This document shows, in pieces, positions 62,315 to 64,000 of a DNA stretch of 64,000 bases. Under the pieces are notes generated by a model. The model did no database searches. It was not told the origin of the DNA and saw only the letters and a list, made by a program, of their open reading frames with translations. The DNA is from an uncultured Spirochaetaceae bacterium (GTDB lineage: Bacteria > Spirochaetota > Spirochaetia > Sphaerochaetales > Sphaerochaetaceae). The stretch is from positions 738-64,737 of the forward strand of contig CALXYM010000011.1 in the NCBI GenBank assembly GCA_944392965.1. Direction: 5' to 3'. Each line of letters opens with the position of its first letter. Within the stretch, counting starts at the first letter, position 1. The position numbers were made by a program, and so were the translations under genes.

Positions 62315-63248
62315 TTTATTACGCCTTGAAGGGATAAGAAAAGAATATAAGATCGGAGCTGAGAGGATTAAGGCCGTTTGGAAAATAGACCTTGATATAA
62401 AAAAGGGTGAAATTCTGGGGCTTGTCGGAGAATCGGGGTCTGGCAAGTCTACGATAGCCAATATTATTACAAGGCTCATAACTCCTGATGAGGGCAGGAT
62501 AGTATTCAAGGGCGTGGAGATTTCCGCATTGAGTGAGCGGGCATTCAGGGAATATCGCAGGGATATCCAGATGGTCTTTCAGGATCCTTATTCTTCCATA
62601 AACCCTAAGAAGAAGATCGGCTATCTTCTAAACGAGTGCCTCCTCATACACGAAAAGGGCATGAGTAAGGCCGAAAGGATGAGGAGGGTCATGGAGAGCC
62701 TTGAGGAAGTCGGCCTGGATGCATCTTATGCAGAGCGTTACCCTGATAGCCTCTCCGGGGGACAGAGGCAGAGGGTTGCGATCGCTCTTGCCCTGATTCT
62801 CCATCCCAGCCTGATAGTCCTGGATGAGCCGGTATCTGCCCTGGATGTGTCAGTTGAGGCACAGATTCTTAACCTTCTGATGGATTTAAGGAGAAAGTAT
62901 GGTCTCACATATCTTTTCATCTCTCACGATTTGAATGTCGTATCGTATCTGTCTGACAGGATTGCCGTAATGTATCTGGGCTCCATCGTGGAATTGGGAA
63001 GGGTGGAGGATATCATAGGGAATATGGCTCATCCTTATACGAGAGCCCTGTTCTCAGCTTCCTCCGATGTTACGGCTACACTCTCAGGAGAGATTCCAAG
63101 TCCTCTTAATCCTCCTCCCGGCTGTCCTTTCCATACAAGGTGCGCATTTATAGAAGAGAGATGTAAAAAGGAAAAGCCAGAACTTGTGGAGATGGAAGGC
63201 GGGCATTATGTCTCGTGCCATTATCCGCTTTACAATAAGGAGGGGTGA
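62307..63248 (+). CDS. ABC ATP-binding protein (OppF/DppF-like)
   Basis: Walker A GESGSGKST, signature LSGGQRQR, and a C-terminal HPYTRALF...PPPGCPFHTRC motif. Confidence 0.9.
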   Translation: MDSLLRLEGIRKEYKIGAERIKAVWKIDLDIKKGEILGLVGESGSGKSTIANIITRLITPDEGRIVFKGVEISALSERAFREYRRDIQMVFQDPYSSINPKKKIGYLLNECLLIHEKGMSKAERMRRVMESLEEVGLDASYAERYPDSLSGGQRQRVAIALALILHPSLIVLDEPVSALDVSVEAQILNLLMDLRRKYGLTYLFISHDLNVVSYLSDRIAVMYLGSIVELGRVEDIIGNMAHPYTRALFSASSDVTATLSGEIPSPLNPPPGCPFHTRCAFIEERCKKEKPELVEMEGGHYVSCHYPLYNKEG

Positions 63249-63249
63249 A

Positions 63250-64000
63250 GTGAAAATTGCGACAATATCAGATCTGCATCTTGATATAAACAAGGACTAT
63301 CCTGTACTCGATGTTCTGAAAGAGGAAGTTGAGAAGGAAAATGCCGATTATCTTATAATCGCAGGGGATATCTACGAGGATTTCCGTAATGTTATAGGTG
63401 AGATGAGAATGCTTGAGAACGGGGCATCGTTCCGCGTTCTCTATGTTCCCGGTAACCATGATCTCTGGTCTCCGGAACCTCATAAATATAAAGTGGATTA
63501 TATCTACTCCTCTTTCTGTGATGATGAGAGATGCCTCTCTGGAAAGTACGTTATAGATAGAGATGTCGCATTCATAGGGGATGTCGGATGGTATGACTAT
63601 TCATTCGGCAATCATGAACGTTTCTCAGATGAGATGTTTGCGAAGATGTGCTATATGGGACGTACATGGCAGGACAGTATTAAGAATCCATGGACAAGGG
63701 ATAATATAAGACGATGTAATATACAACTCGAAGTGCTTTCCAATTCTTTAGACAAGATAAAAGGGAAAAAGATTGTCGCGGTAACGCACATGCTGCCGAT
63801 AAGGGAGTTTACTGTTCTTGATGCCCGACCCGAATGGGAGTATTTCAATGCTTTTCTCGGCTCTGAAAAGCTTGGAGAACTTTTTGAGAATAAGAGTGTG
63901 TCGTACTCCATCTCAGGTCATGTTCACTATAGGAAGGAAATAGAAAAGAAGGGAGTCCATTATATCTGTCCATGTCTTGGGTATAAGAGTGAATGGAAAT
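63250..64000 (+). CDS. Metallophosphoesterase (calcineurin-like), 3' end beyond the window
   Basis: Own translation from the GTG at 63250 (RBS AAGGAGGGG) gives KIATISDLHLD...IIAGDIYED...YVPGNHDLW...VTHMLP...SGHVHY. This is the D-x-H / GD / GNHD / GH-x-H motif series. It is not in the ORF track because there is no stop in the window. Confidence 0.75.
   Translation, partial: MKIATISDLHLDINKDYPVLDVLKEEVEKENADYLIIAGDIYEDFRNVIGEMRMLENGASFRVLYVPGNHDLWSPEPHKYKVDYIYSSFCDDERCLSGKYVIDRDVAFIGDVGWYDYSFGNHERFSDEMFAKMCYMGRTWQDSIKNPWTRDNIRRCNIQLEVLSNSLDKIKGKKIVAVTHMLPIREFTVLDARPEWEYFNAFLGSEKLGELFENKSVSYSISGHVHYRKEIEKKGVHYICPCLGYKSEWK

Overview
The window is 64 kb of mostly chromosomal housekeeping and catabolic DNA. 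Gene content suggests a saccharolytic spirochaete (Treponema-like): BMP/PnrA-type nucleoside ABC system, SlyX, HydEFG, Rpn/TIGR01784-type nuclease genes. That taxonomic call is inference only.

Layout, left to right:
- Minus-strand hexuronate operon uxaB-uxaA-uxaC plus an IclR regulator (1-4844).
- GNAT gene.
- BMP-family nucleoside ABC transporter plus purine nucleoside phosphorylase (6456-12148).
- Rrf2 regulator with a tandem SnoaL-like protein.
- LacI-controlled fructan/sucrose locus with two GH32 enzymes, an ABC importer and a fructokinase (13610-21684).
- HTH/WYL-like regulator and slyX.
- Long minus-strand block: acyl-ACP thioesterase, rsmD, recG, yggT-like, dnaE, and a divergent xanthine-dehydrogenase-like trio (23223-34138).
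- ligA, aminotransferase, ModE-like wHTH, phosphofructokinase, methyltransferase.
- [FeFe]-hydrogenase maturation operon TM1266-hydE-hydG-hydF (40592-44557).
- ogt, XRE/CPBP pair, GNAT, Hpt, NSS transporter, DUF1846, gdhA.
- AlbA_2/HATPase gene bracketed by 100-bp direct repeats.
- HAD hydrolase, a peptide-type ABC system (58058-63248), and a partial metallophosphoesterase.

The clearly accessory stretch is about 44.56-47.70 kb, between hydF and ogt. It holds an AT-rich tract and an orphan promoter-to-terminator small-RNA unit carrying two anti-Shine-Dalgarno-like motifs. It also holds a decayed Rpn (PD-(D/E)XK) gene precisely interrupted by a 1566-bp TnpA-less IS200/IS605-type element. That element encodes an apparently intact IscB RNA-guided nuclease (PLMP + split RuvC + HNH) and about 277 nt of densely structured upstream omega-RNA. 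This IscB/omega-RNA (OMEGA) locus is the main finding.

I recognised no rRNA genes, tRNA genes or CRISPR arrays.
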